Source: an uncultured Candidatus Rokubacteria bacterium
GTDB lineage: Bacteria; Methylomirabilota; Methylomirabilia; Rokubacteriales; CSP1-6
Direction: 5' to 3'
DNA: 64,000 nucleotides
Assembly (NCBI GenBank): GCA_963789955.1
Contig: CAWBMV010000012.1
Location: 160,001 to 224,000 of the forward strand
Positions within the stretch are counted from its first letter, which is position 1. Each line of letters opens with the position of its first letter. The position numbers and the translations under genes were made by a program. Shown here piece by piece: positions 41,267 through 52,086 of the stretch. A model generated the notes under the pieces. The model ran no database searches. It had not been told where the DNA came from and saw only the letters and a program-made list of their open reading frames with translations.

Positions 41267-41471
41267 CAGGGCGCGGGCGGATGCTTTCAGATCTCGTCGT
41301 AACCAATCTCGATGTGGGGACTCGGCGTGCTGGAGGATTCCTTGGTCTACCTTCTGGGCTCTTCGCGTTCCCCCCGCAGAAGCGCTCATGCTCAGCCTGG
41401 CGAGCCGTCTGGCCGCGGTGCTTTCCGTCCTGCCCCGCGCCTTCTTCTGGAGGTCGCCCGCACGAATCGTG

Positions 41472-42608
41472 CTACGGCCTTCGAGCCGCCTGACTCAACC
41501 CCTCCAGCGTAAGCCGGGCCGTCTTTTCCCACGTCCACGTGGCCGCTCGCTCGATCGCCTTACGTCTGAGCTCTTGTCGGAGCGCCTCGTCGGAGAGTAG
41601 TCGCTCGATCTTCGCCGCGAAGTGTGCTGGATCGTTGGGATCGGCCAGGAGTGCCGTGTCCCCGACTACCTCTGGGCACGCCCCCGCCGTGGAGGCAACT
41701 GCGGGGCACCCACAGGCCATCGCGCCCATGAGGCCGAAGCCGAATCCCTCATAGTAGGGCGGTACGATGATGAGCGTGGCAAGGGTGTACAGCTTGGCGA
41801 GGTGCTCGAACGGCACGAAATTCAGGAAATGCACTCGCTCGAAGTCAGCCTCACCGAAACCCACGTGGAGGAGGTACTCGCGAACGCGCCGTCCCGCGAA
41901 GACCAGATGATGCGGTATCCGGTCGCGTAGAAGCAGGAAGGCGCGGAGCGCCGTGTGTGGGTTTTTCCCCGGGTAGAAGCTTTGGGCACCATCGAGTCCC
42001 GGATGGTCGACGCGTGTGACGACGAGCAGGAAAGGGTTCGAGAGTCCATGCTGCTCGCGGAACTCTTCAAGCGCCGCTTGGTCCTCGACCGGGCGGAGGT
42101 GCGAATGGGGAGCGGGGTGGGTGACCGTGGCGCTTCGAAAGGGAAGCCCGAGCCATTTCCGGTTCTCCTCGAGAATCCACTGCGCCATAGGGAAAAAGTG
42201 CGCAGCCCTGCGGCAGTAGAGAGGGAGCATGACCTTCTGGTAGAGCACATCAAGGCGCGGGTAGTGCTGCGGCCACGCCCACGGTGCGGGTTCCTGGAGA
42301 CCCATAACGACCGGGCAAGGGCTTACCAAGGGAACACTGAATTTGGGATTGAAGATTACGTCGGCCCCCTCTTGCCAAGCTCGATAGGGCACCGCGACCT
42401 GGTCCCACAAGAACTTGTGTGGGGCACGAAGTAAGATCTCGCGAGCGTTCGGAAACGCACCGAACCGCCCGAGCCACTTGGGCGTGCGATGGAGGAGCAG
42501 GTAGAGATTCTCGTGGTCGATCCGGAGCAGCGCATCCACAAGCCCATCGACGTAAGCGTGGAAGCCGCTGTCCTGGTCGATGGCACGCATCATGACGGCG
42601 ATCTTCAT
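41472..42608 (-). CDS. Glycosyltransferase family 4 (GT-B) in a lower-GC segment
   Basis: WDQVAVP, PGKN, YEGFG...AMACGCP, PEVVGD, WTWEKTA; visibly more A/T than flanking genes. Confidence 0.88.
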   Translation of the reverse strand: MKIAVMMRAIDQDSGFHAYVDGLVDALLRIDHENLYLLLHRTPKWLGRFGAFPNAREILLRAPHKFLWDQVAVPYRAWQEGADVIFNPKFSVPLVSPCPVVMGLQEPAPWAWPQHYPRLDVLYQKVMLPLYCRRAAHFFPMAQWILEENRKWLGLPFRSATVTHPAPHSHLRPVEDQAALEEFREQHGLSNPFLLVVTRVDHPGLDGAQSFYPGKNPHTALRAFLLLRDRIPHHLVFAGRRVREYLLHVGFGEADFERVHFLNFVPFEHLAKLYTLATLIIVPPYYEGFGFGLMGAMACGCPAVASTAGACPEVVGDTALLADPNDPAHFAAKIERLLSDEALRQELRRKAIERAATWTWEKTARLTLEGLSQAARRP

Positions 42609-42747
42609 GGAATGGCGTTGTTCCTCTCGCGGTGGGAGCACGAACCCCCAGAAGCAACTATAGGCTCCCAGAATAACGGAAGCCTAGTCGAAAAGCAGGT
42701 TTACCGACTACCCTTCGATGCGCTGCTTACCAGATCTCGCTGAAAAA

Positions 42748-42960
42748 TGTCAAGGCCGAACTCAGTTGTCGTGAAAGCACCGAAGTAATTTGCGTCGTCG
42801 GCGGACCGGCACGGTCGGCCGAGCAGGCCGGCCTTTTCCTTCTCGCGGGAGGCGATAGCTCTCCTGCTTGATGTTGATGGTAGGGCGTGACGAGCCGCCG
42901 GTCGAGGATGGCCGTGGCGAGGATCTGGTCGTTGAAGACTCGCCCCACTCCCCGACCCGG
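42748..42960 (-). mobile_element. istB: IS21-family remnant: degenerate istB 3' end plus terminal inverted repeat
   Basis: Minus strand encodes GEWGRVFNDQILATAILDR...INIKQESYRL(R)EKEKAG (IstB C-terminus) over shifted frames, followed by an end reading TGTCAAGGCCGAA... on the plus strand at 42748 with repeated CCGAA units. Confidence 0.75.
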
Positions 42961-43221
42961 CGTGGTGACCCCGACTCTGAGCGTCGACGGGTCGTCGACC
43001 TCCAGCGTCCTCGGCGCGAGATCGGCCTGGCCCTAGGCGAGCGACTCGGCGGCTCCCGATTTCGGCCCGGGTCACCTTGACCGCCACTGCAAGCCCATCG
43101 AGCGCGAAATAACCCCCGGCTTTCGGCCACCCAGATGCCTTGGGCGCCGGCTCACCGGCCCGTGGAGGTGATGCAGCGGGGATCGGGGTCACCTCCGTGC
43201 GGAACATGTCGAGGCCCGCCA

Positions 43222-44365
43222 TCACAACAGCCCGTAGAACTTGCCGGCGTTCTCGCAGGTGATCTTGTGGGTGACGTCGGCCGGCAGGTGGCCGAACTGC
43301 TCCTCGATGTACTTCGAGATTCCGGCCACACGCCGTCGCCGTGCGGGTAGTCGGAGCCCCACATGAGCGTCTCGACGCCCATGTCGTCGATGAGCTTGGT
43401 GCCGATGCGGTCGAACTGGAAGGTGCCCTTGCACTGGCGGCGCCAGTAGTCGCTCGGCTTCATCGTGAGGCCGAGGTCGCGGAAGCGGTCCTCCCACTCG
43501 AAATCCATGCGGTCGAGCGCGTAGGGAATCCAGCCGATGCCGCTCTCGCCGAACGCGATGCGCACGTTCGGATAGCGCTCGAGCACCGCGGCGCCGATGA
43601 CCGCGGCCAGGATGTTGACGAGGTTCATCTGGAAGCCGGAGACCACGGTGAAAAAGCGCCGCGCGGCGGGTGAGCCCCTTCTGCGTGTCGAGCTTGCCGG
43701 GCGGCAGCGCCGGGAACGTGTGGAAGTGGAGCGGCAGGTTCACGTCGTTCACCGCCTTCCAGAGTGGCTCCCAGACCGGATGCCACATGGGCTCCATGTC
43801 CCACGAGCACGACAGCTCCATGCCGCGAAGCCCGAGCTTCGCCACGCGATGGATCTCCTTGACCGCGGCGTCGATGTCGCCGTAGGGCAGGCAGGCCAGA
43901 CCGATGTAGCGGTCGGGGTAGTGGCTGCAGAAGTCGACCAGCCAGTCGTTGTAGATGCGGAACATCTCGTTGGCCGCCTCGCGCGTCGTTGAGCCGCGTG
44001 GCGGCGCCGAGGATGCCGTAGATCACCTCGGCGTCGACGCCGTCGCGGTCCATGTCCTTGACGCGCAGATGCGGGATCGGTGGGCCGGCGGATCGCCCTT
44101 CTTGCCGTCCTCGTAGAGGCCCGGTCGAGGCCATGACGTCGACCCGATAGTGTGAGCCGGGAACGTACTTCGCTCCGGCCGGGCCGACGCCGTTCACGAG
44201 GCCGAAGGATCCGCCGTTCCGGCAGGTCCAGTGCGGCCCGTCCGGCCCGTCGGTGACGTACGGCATCCGGTCCTTCATCGCCGCCGACGCGTTCGAGGTG
44301 AAGAGGTCGGGCGGAATCCAGGGCAGGTCGATGTGGCAGTCGGCCGAGATTCGCGTGTAGTGCAT
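43222..44365 (-). CDS. Amidohydrolase family 2 protein, frameshifted
   Basis: ISADCHID, DMDRDGVDAEVIY, YNDWL, LPLHFH, ESGIGW, MWGSDYPH, NAGKFYGL. Confidence 0.9.
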
Positions 44366-44372
44366 GGCGGTC

Positions 44373-44570
44373 TCACCTGTTATGGTGCTTCAGCCGGACT
44401 CCTCGTACGGCGCCGAGTACGGGAAGCGGGGATCAGGGTGAGGGCGGGCTCCTCGACCCGTGGGCCCACGCCTCGAATGAATCCATTCTCCCAGATCGGC
44501 GCGAAGACCATGCGGTCGCTGAGGATCTTCTGGATCTGGTGGAGCATCTCTCGCGCTTGCGCCGTCCCGA
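44373..44570 (-). pseudogene. Isolated C-terminal fragment (~60 aa) of a family-5 ABC substrate-binding protein
   Basis: Manual translation: RKR..MLHQIQKILSDRMVFAPIWENGFIRGVGPRVEEPALTLIP(A)FPYSAPYEE(V)RLK, resembling the LxxIQ...APIW C-terminal segment of family-5 SBPs. Nothing upstream continues it. Confidence 0.65.
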
Positions 44571-44609
44571 AGATTCATCGGCCGAGGTTGATGCGCGGGG
44601 CGTTGCGGC

Positions 44610-45663
44610 GCGGCAGACGCCCGCTCGCTTCAGCACGAGCCGGAGATCCCGGCCGCCTGCTTGCGCGTGCCTGCGTCGATCTCGCGCACCATGTCGACGG
44701 TGGCCGCCGACACGGGTGTCGGCATGCCGTGCTCGCGTCCCTGCGCTACGACGTAGCCGTTCATGTAGTCGATCTCGGTCGGGCGGCCCTTTGCCACGTC
44801 TTGCGCCATCGAAGCGCGCCAGTTGCGGCCTCCCGCGGAGGTCGGCGTCAGCATCCGGTCGAGGGCGTCGTAGATCTCGCGGCGGTCGGCGTCAGCCCAC
44901 TGCTCGGCCGGCGCGCCGTTGATTTTGGGCATCGTGATGCCCGAGCGCCAAGCCGACCCGCGCGGACTCGGCCGCGAGGTTGATGGTGATCGCGCGGCCG
45001 ACCTCGCTGGACGTGATCTCGGAGACCCGCAGCCCGGACATCGCCTGGACGGGGTTGCCCGTAGCGTTCGCGCAGAGCTTGGCCCAGCGCTCGCCCCAGA
45101 GGTTCTCGGTGACCTGCGAGCCGTCGACCACGGTGAGGATCTCGGCCAGTTCGTTGGTGCGCGGGGTGATCGTGCCGTCGTGCTCGCCGACGCGGAAGAC
45201 GTCGTGGCCGGTGCCCTGGCCCTTCTCGGTGCCGCGCTCGACCGGCCCGGCTTCCACAGGGCGACACCGATCTTCGACATGACGAGACCGACGGAGCGCA
45301 GGCGCCGGCCACCGACGCGACGATCGGATCCGGCCAGCAATTTTCGGACGCGACGATGTAGCCCTCCGGCTTCAGGTGCCGGAGCGCCAGCTGGGCCGCC
45401 CATGCCGTGTCGTAGACCTTCATGGCGACGAAGGCCAGGTCGAAGTCGCGCGGCATGCGCTGCGACTCGTTGAGATGAAACGCCTTCGGATGCGCCTCGA
45501 AGGGGTCATGCGGCCCGGTGACGGAGATGCCCTTCTTGCGGATGGCTTCGACCTGCTCGGCCCAGGGATCGACGAGCGTCACGTCGTGGCCGGCCCGCGA
45601 CAGGAACGATCCGATGTAACTGCCAATGGCGCCGGCGCCGACGAACAGGATCTTCTTGGCCAT
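44610..45663 (-). CDS. Ketopantoate reductase (ApbA/PanE) family protein, frameshifted; 3' end approximate
   Basis: ILFVGAGAIGSYIG, VAMKVYDT, RWAKLCAN, SMAQDVAKGRPTEIDYMNGYV. Confidence 0.85.
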
Positions 45664-45722
45664 GCGGTCCTCCCGTTGGTCTACGAATTCTGGCTCGCGC
45701 TAGTGCCGGGCATTATCGCGCG

Positions 45723-47536
45723 TCACGGACCCGACCGCCAGTCCCAGCCGGCGGCCTCGAGCTCGAGCAGCGCGGCGAAGCGGCCGCCGCGCGCGCGAGC
45801 TCGGCGGGCGGTCCTTCCTCCACGATCGCGCCGCGGTCGAGGACGACGACCCGGTCGGCCTCCATGGCGGTCGAGAGCCGGTGCGCGACCGTCAGCACGG
45901 CGCATCCTGCCGGCAAGACGGACCGCGCAGCGCCGCGCGAAAGCGCCGCGTCGCTCGCGCCGTCGATCGCGGCCGTCGCTTCGTCGAGCAGGAGCACCGC
46001 CGGCTCGCGCACCAGCGCCCGCGCGAGCGCCAGGAGCTGCTGCTGGCCGGCCGAGAGCTGCGCGCCGTGCCGCCGCGACCGCCGCTCAGCAGCGTCTGAT
46101 AGCCCTGCGGCAGCGCGCGGATGAACGCGTCGGCCCCGCGATCCTGGCCGCTCGAGCACGGCTGCCTCCGGCACCGAGGCGTCGCCGAGCGTGAGGTTCT
46201 CGAGGACCGTCCCTGAGAAGAGCTGGACCATCTGCGGCACCACGCCGACGAGCTCGCGGCGCTCCGATTCCTCCAGCATCGCCGGATCGCGGCCGGCGAT
46301 CCGGACGGTGCCGGGCCAGGGCGCGTAGAGCCCGGCCAGAAGGTGGAGAGCGCTCGTCTTGCCGGCGCCGGTACGCCCGACCAGCGCCACGTGCTCGCCC
46401 GGTGCGACCGCAGCGAGATGCCGTGCAGCACCGGCTGCTCCTCGGCGTAGCCGAAGACGACGTCGACCGAGATCGATCGCGGTCGGCCGCGGCGTTCGCC
46501 GGCTGCGTCGTGGCCGGCGCCCGCGTTCGCGGGGGCAGCGCCAGCATCTCGAAGATGCGCTCGGCGCCGGACAGGGCGCCCTGGACGGTCTGCCACTCGT
46601 CGCCGAGCGCGGTGATCGGCTGGAAGAAGCGCTGGAGGAGCATCAGGAACGCCGTCAGGGTGCCGATCGAGATGCCGAGCGCGCCGAACGTCGGCTCGCG
46701 TCCCCGCCCACAGCAGGAGGGCGACGGCCACGCTGAGAGGATCGCGGTCACCGGCGTGTAGAGGGCGGAGAAGCAGCGTCGCGCGGTTGGACGCGGCCAG
46801 CGCGCGCGCGAGCACCCGGCGGAAGCGCCGACCGCTCCGCCCTCGCGACCGAAGGCCCGGATGACCTCGACGCCGCGGAGGGTTTCCTGGAGCCGAGCGG
46901 TGATCGCGCCGACCGCGATGCGGTTGGCGCGCTCGGCCTCGCGCACGCGCACCTGCAAGAAGCGGAGCGTCAATCACGAGCGGCGGGACGACCAGCGCGG
47001 CGACGAGGGTGAGGGCGGGCTCAGGACGACCATCGCGACGGCGACCGTCAGCAGCCGCACGAGGTTCGCCACCAGGACGGCGACGCCCGACGAGAAGACC
47101 GTGTCGAGCGTCTCGACGTCGGCGGTGCAGCGGCTGATGACGTCGCCGAGGGGCGTGCGGTCGAAGTAGCTCGCGGGCAGGCGCTGCAGGTGCGCGAAGA
47201 GCCGCACCCGCAGACGGCTGAGCACGCCCTGGGCGATCGTCGCCGCCAGGTAGCTGTAGAGGAACGTCATCGCCTGGACGGCGGCGGTGGCGCCGAGGTA
47301 GAGGAGCGCGAGCACGAGCAGGCCGGCCGACCGGCCGGCGATCAGATGGTCGTCGACGATCGCGCGGACGATGAGCGGCGGCACCAGCTCGAAGGACGGC
47401 GGCGGCCAGCACGCACAGCGACGACGGCGATCGGCTCGCGCCGCGCCAGGGCCGGAGCGAGGTTCCCAGAGTTCGCGGCCAGCGAGCGAGCCGCTGCGGT
47501 CGTCGGTCGTCGCGCGAGGGCGACGACTGCGCTCAT
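45723..47536 (-). CDS. ABC exporter half-transporter (TMD+NBD), heavily frameshifted
   Basis: LPASYFDRTPLGDVISRCTADV, RFFQPITALG, LVGRTGAGKT, LSAGQQQL, LLLDEATAAID, VAHRLSTA. Confidence 0.85.
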
Positions 47537-49409
47537 CGACCGCCGTCCCGGCGACCGCGTCGACCTCGGCGTCGCGCTGCGCCCGGTAGATGCGCGCGTA
47601 CAGCCCGGCTGCCGCCAGCAGCTCGGCGTGCGTTCCCTTCTCCTCGATCCGGCCGTCTTCCAGCACGACGACCCGGTCGGCCTGCGGAAAGGCCGCCAGC
47701 CGATGCGAGCACAGGACGATCGTGGCGCGCTCCTCGGGCGGCGCCTCGGGCCGAAGGCCTGCGCAGCGCCGCGACGATCCGCGCCTCGGTCTTGACGTCG
47801 ACCGCCGAGAACGGATCGTCCAGCACCAGCAGCCCCGGCAGGCCGCGGCGCGGCCGCGGCGATCGCGCGCGCCAGGCCGATGCGCTGGCGCTGCCCGCCG
47901 GAGATGCGCATGCCCGAGCTCGCCGATCTCGGTGTCCAGCCCGCGCGGAAAGCCGCGCAGGTCGTCGTCCAGCGCCGCCAGCCGCACCGCGCTTCAGCAG
48001 GAACGGATCGTCGCGTCGGCGCACCGCCTCGGCCCGAGCGCGACGTTCTCCCGGACCGAGCCGGAGAACAGGAGCGGGTCCTGCGGCAGGTAGCCGATCG
48101 AGTCCGCGCCGTTCGCTCGCGGCGTGAGCGTCGTCGAGCGGACGGCCATCGAGGAGCACGGCGCCCGACTCGAGGGATAGATGCCCAGCAGCGCCCGCGC
48201 CAGCGCGCTCTTGCCCGAGCCGACCGGCCCGGTGACGGCGACGAGGGCCCCGGCGGAATGTCGAGGCCAGCTCCGTGAGCGCGGGCGCTCGGCGCCCGGG
48301 TAGCGGAAGGTGACGTCGCGCAGCGACACGGCGACCGGACCCGGACGTCCGCGCGCGGGCCTGGCCGCAGTCGCGGCGATCCCGGCGACGTGCCCGGCCT
48401 GGAAGGAGGCGACGCGCGGCTCGCCCGCGACGCCGAGCGCGCGGCGCGAGCAGCGGGCGCAGCCGCGCATAGGCGGCGCCGCCGCTCTGGATCGAGTTGA
48501 CCAGCTGCGGGAATGCGAAAGCCGCGGTTGACGAAGCGCAGGTAGAGCTCCAGGTAGGCGACGAAGGCGCCCACCGTCATGGCGCCGGCGACGACGCGCT
48601 CGCCGCCCTGCCAGACGACAAGCAGGACGCCGGCGGTCATGAGCGTGGTGTAGACGGGCTGGAGGCCGCCCGAGCCGGACGAGGCTCAGGTTGCGCTCGG
48701 CGAAGCCGCCGCGACAGCGCGGCGATCGCGCTCGACCGCCGCGCCGGCCCGGCCGAACAGGCGCAGCACGCGGATGCCGGCCAGCTGCTCCTGGAGCGCC
48801 GCGGTCAGGTCGGCGTTGGCCTCGCGCGCCCTCGTCGTGCGCCCGCGCGACCCAGCGGCCCGTCGCGTGCGCGAGCAGCATGGCGCACCGGCACCGGCGA
48901 GCAGCGCCAGCAGCGTCAGGCGCGGGTCGAAGACGAGCATCGCGACGACGAACGAGAGCGAAAAGAGCACGGTGTCCCAGGTCTCGATGGTGAACTCGCG
49001 CACGCCGACGCCGAGCACCTCGACGTCGCCGATGATGCGCGCCATCAGGTCGCCGATCGGGGTCTGGTGCAGGTCGGCCATCGGCCAGGCCAGGACGCCG
49101 CGCAACGCATCGGCGCGCAGGTTGGCGCGGATGCGGGCGTTGGCGGTCATCAGCCACCAGCGCTTGAGCGATGCGCGGCCCCTCGGTCAGCAGCGTGCCG
49201 CCGACGAAGGCCAGCGCCGCCCAGCCGACGTCGGCGGCCGTGGCCTCGCCCCGCTCCAGCGCCAGCGCGCGTGTCGATCGCCCGGCCCAGCAGGATCGCC
49301 GGCAGGACCACGGCGGTGTTCATGACGATGCCGGCGAGCGGAGCCGAGCACGAGCTCGCCCGCCACCTGCCGGAAGTACGGGCGCATCTCCCAGAGGATA
49401 GGCGAGCAT
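47533..49409 (-). CDS. ABC exporter half-transporter (TMD+NBD) with degenerate Walker B, heavily frameshifted
   Basis: GDLMARIIGDVE, VTGPVGSGKS, YLPQDPLLFSGSVREN, ISGGQRQRIGLAR, LVLDDPFSAVD, CSHRL. Confidence 0.85.
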
Positions 49410-49418
49410 GGGGCGCCG

Positions 49419-49834
49419 CTACGGCGCGAGACGGGCACCGGCGTGTGGAGGAGCGCGGTGACGCGCGCGACGATGACGTCCCGCGCCTTCGCGAAATCCT
49501 CGCTCACGGCGGGCACGTCGTCCCAGCGCTCGAGCGCCAGCCGCGGGCGGCGCCAGCCGGCCAGGTCGCAGGCGAAGGTCACGACGGCGCGACGCGCCCG
49601 CGACGTCGGCACGCGTCAGCGCCGTGCGGTCGGCGCCCGCGACGTCGATGCCTTCGGCGAGCAATCCCTGGACGACCGTGGGCGGGACCTCGCGGTCGGG
49701 CTCCGTCCCGGCCGGAGACGCGCGTGCACGTCGAGTCCGCGCTCGGCGGCGAGGCGGTGGAAGTGCTCGGCGGCGATGAGGCTCTTCGCCGATCCGTGGA
49801 GGCAGACGAACAGGACGTTCGCCGAAGTCGCCAT
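49419..49834 (-). CDS. LMW-PTP/ArsC-fold protein with atypical P-loop (CLHGSAKS), frameshifted
   Basis: NVLFVCLHGSAKSLIAAEHF...ERWDDVPAVSEDFAKARDVIVARV follows the ArsC/LMW-PTP layout; RBS AGGAGG. Confidence 0.7.
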
Positions 49835-49844
49835 GGTGCGCCTC

Positions 49845-51036
49845 CTATTTGACGAAGACCCATTCGGGTTGGAGCAGCGGGAACGCGATCAGGCCCGATC
49901 GCGGCCGCGCGGCCACGAGCAACGGGTTGCTGACCTTCCAGCGGAACAGCACGACCGAGGCTGCCGAGCGCGACCAGCGCCGTCAGCCAGTCGCCGATCG
50001 CGATCCTCCCGAGCAGGACGCACGCGCCGAGGATCGTGCCGATGGCCGCCGCGTAGGCGCCCTTGACGAAGCCCTGCACGTTCGGGTTGGCGCGGTACCG
50101 GATGAGGATCGGCGCCACGATGAGGACGAGCAGGAAGGACGGCAGGAAGATGCCGATGGTCGCGACCAGCGCGCCCCAGAAGCCGGCGACGAGGTAGCCG
50201 ACGAAGGTCGCCGTGATGACGACCGGACCCGGGCTGATCATGCCCATGGCGACGGCGACCAGGAACTCGCGCTCGTTGAGCCAGCCCGTCTGCTGCACGA
50301 GCCCCTTCTCGAGGAACGGCACGATGACCAGCCCGCTGCCGAAGGTCAAGCGAGCCCGCCTTCAGGAAGAAGGCGAAGAGCTTGCCGAGCATCGCGCCCG
50401 AGACTGACGGCCGGCGCCGTGCGGCGCACGAGCGGCACGGCCGCGCAGCAGGGACGACGTCGTCGACGCGGCGCGCGGGCCCGGAACAGGGAGCCGTAGT
50501 AGAGGATGCCGACGACGCCCGCAGCCGAGGAAGACCAGCGCGACCTCCGCCCGCACGGCGACGGTGACGACGAAGCACACCGCGGCGATCGCCCACTGGA
50601 GCCAGTCCTCCATGCCGAGCTTCGCCAGGCGATAGCAGGAGTGGAGGATGAGCGCGATCACCGCCGGGCTCACGCCGTAGAAGATGCGCGTGACCGGCGG
50701 CAGTCCCCCGAAGTGCACGTAGAGCGCCCCGAGCGTCGCCACGATGAGGAAGTTGGGCAGGATGAACGCCCAGCCGCCCGCCCACGCGCCCCAGAAGCCG
50801 CCCCGGAGGTACGAGATCCAGATGCCGACCTGGATGGCGAGCGGCCCCGGGAGCGACTGGCAGACCGCGATGCCCTCGCGCATCTCGTCCGTGGTGAGCC
50901 ACTTCTTGTCGCCGACCAGCTCGCGCTCCATCTGGCCGACGAGCGCGACGGGACCGCCGAATCCGAGCAGGCCGAGGCGCAGGTAGTACCGGACGAGCTC
51001 GCGGATCGGCACACGGCGGGGTCTCGTCGGCTCCAT
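49845..51036 (-). CDS. chrA: Chromate efflux transporter (CHR family, long two-domain form), frameshifted
   Basis: LRLGLLGFGGPVA, QSLPGPLAIQ, FILP; second repeat TFGSGLVIVP and ISPGPVVITATFVGY. Confidence 0.92.
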
Positions 51037-51070
51037 CGCCGGTCCTCCTCGCTCGATCGGCCTCGAGGGG

Positions 51071-51108
51071 AGTGTAACGCTTGACTAGAGTGTAGCAAGC
51101 GTTACTGT
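51071..51108. promoter_or_regulatory. Overlapping bidirectional promoter/operator between chrA and chrB
   Basis: Perfect 10-bp inverted repeat GTAACGCTTG (51074-83) / CAAGCGTTAC (51096-105). Plus strand TTGACT-N16-TACTGT; minus strand TTGCTA-N16-TACACT. Confidence 0.75.
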
Positions 51109-51115
51109 CGGACCC

Positions 51116-52072
51116 ATGCGCTGGCTGACGCTGCTGACGACGCTGCCTCCCACGCCGACCCGGCACCGCGTCGGAGTGTGGCGGAAGCTCCAGCGCATGG
51201 GCGCCGTCCGGCTCCGCGGCCCGGCTGGATCCTGCCCGAGACCCCGGAGACGACCGAGCTCTTCCAGTGGCTCGTGCAGGAGATCCAGTCGTTCCGCGGC
51301 GAGGCGACGCTGCTGCGCGTCGATCGTGTCGAGACCATGACCGACGAGGAGATCGCCGCGCTGTTTCACAAGGCGCGCGGCGCCGAGTACGAGGCGGTGA
51401 ACCGGGGGTGCCGCGACGTCCTCCGCAGCTCGATCGCTACCAGGCGAACCATCGCGGCTCGGCCCGACCGCTCCGCGCCAAGCTGGACGGCCTCAAGCGC
51501 GAGCTGGACCGGGTCCAGTCCATCGACTACCTGAAGGCGCCGGCGGGCCAGCGCGCCCGCACCCTGTGGGAGACGACGGCCAAGCGCCTGCGCGCGGCCG
51601 AGGCGCGGCCCCGCGCCGACCGGCGCGCGCCACCGCACGGTCGCTGCCCGCGCCGGGCAGCACGTGGGTGACGCGGCCGCGGCCGCACATCGACCGCATC
51701 GCGTCGGCGTGGCTCATCAAGCGCTTCTGCGATCCGGAGGCGACGTTCGCGTTCGCCGATGCGGCCGACGCCGCGCGCAAGGGCATCCCGTTCGACGTCC
51801 TCGGCGCCGACTTCGGCCACCACGGCGAGGACTGCACGTTCGAGACGCTGGTCAAGCGCTTCGGGATCAAGGATCGGCGCGTCAAGCACATCGCCGAGAT
51901 CGTGCACGAGGCCGATCTGCACGACGGCAAGTTCACGCGGAACGAGGCCATCGGCGTGGACCTCGCGATCAACGCGCCTCGTCGAGGCCACGCCGGACGA
52001 CCACGAGCTGCTCGAGCGCGGGATGGCGATCTTCGAAGGGCTGTACGCGGTGTTGAAGCAGAAGAAGCGTAG
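51116..52072 (+). CDS. chrB: Chromate-responsive regulator ChrB (N-terminal domain plus Chrome_Resist domain), frameshifted
   Basis: LPPTPTRHRVGVWRKLQRMGA, SIDYL, WVTRPRPHIDRIASAWLIKRF, FDVLGADFGHHGEDCTFE, IVHEADL. Confidence 0.88.
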
Positions 52073-52086
52073 CGGGTGGGGCTGGG

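Noticed and set aside
41288..42739. 9-bp direct repeat CAGATCTCG flanking the GT4 islet as a possible target-site duplication
   Set aside because: It is short, AGATCTCG is common in this sequence, and it does not abut the IS end; chance cannot be excluded.
42961..43225. ORF start MAGLDMFRTEVTP overlapping the amidohydrolase stop
   Set aside because: No recognisable family; may be a truncated gene start next to the IS remnant but cannot be supported.
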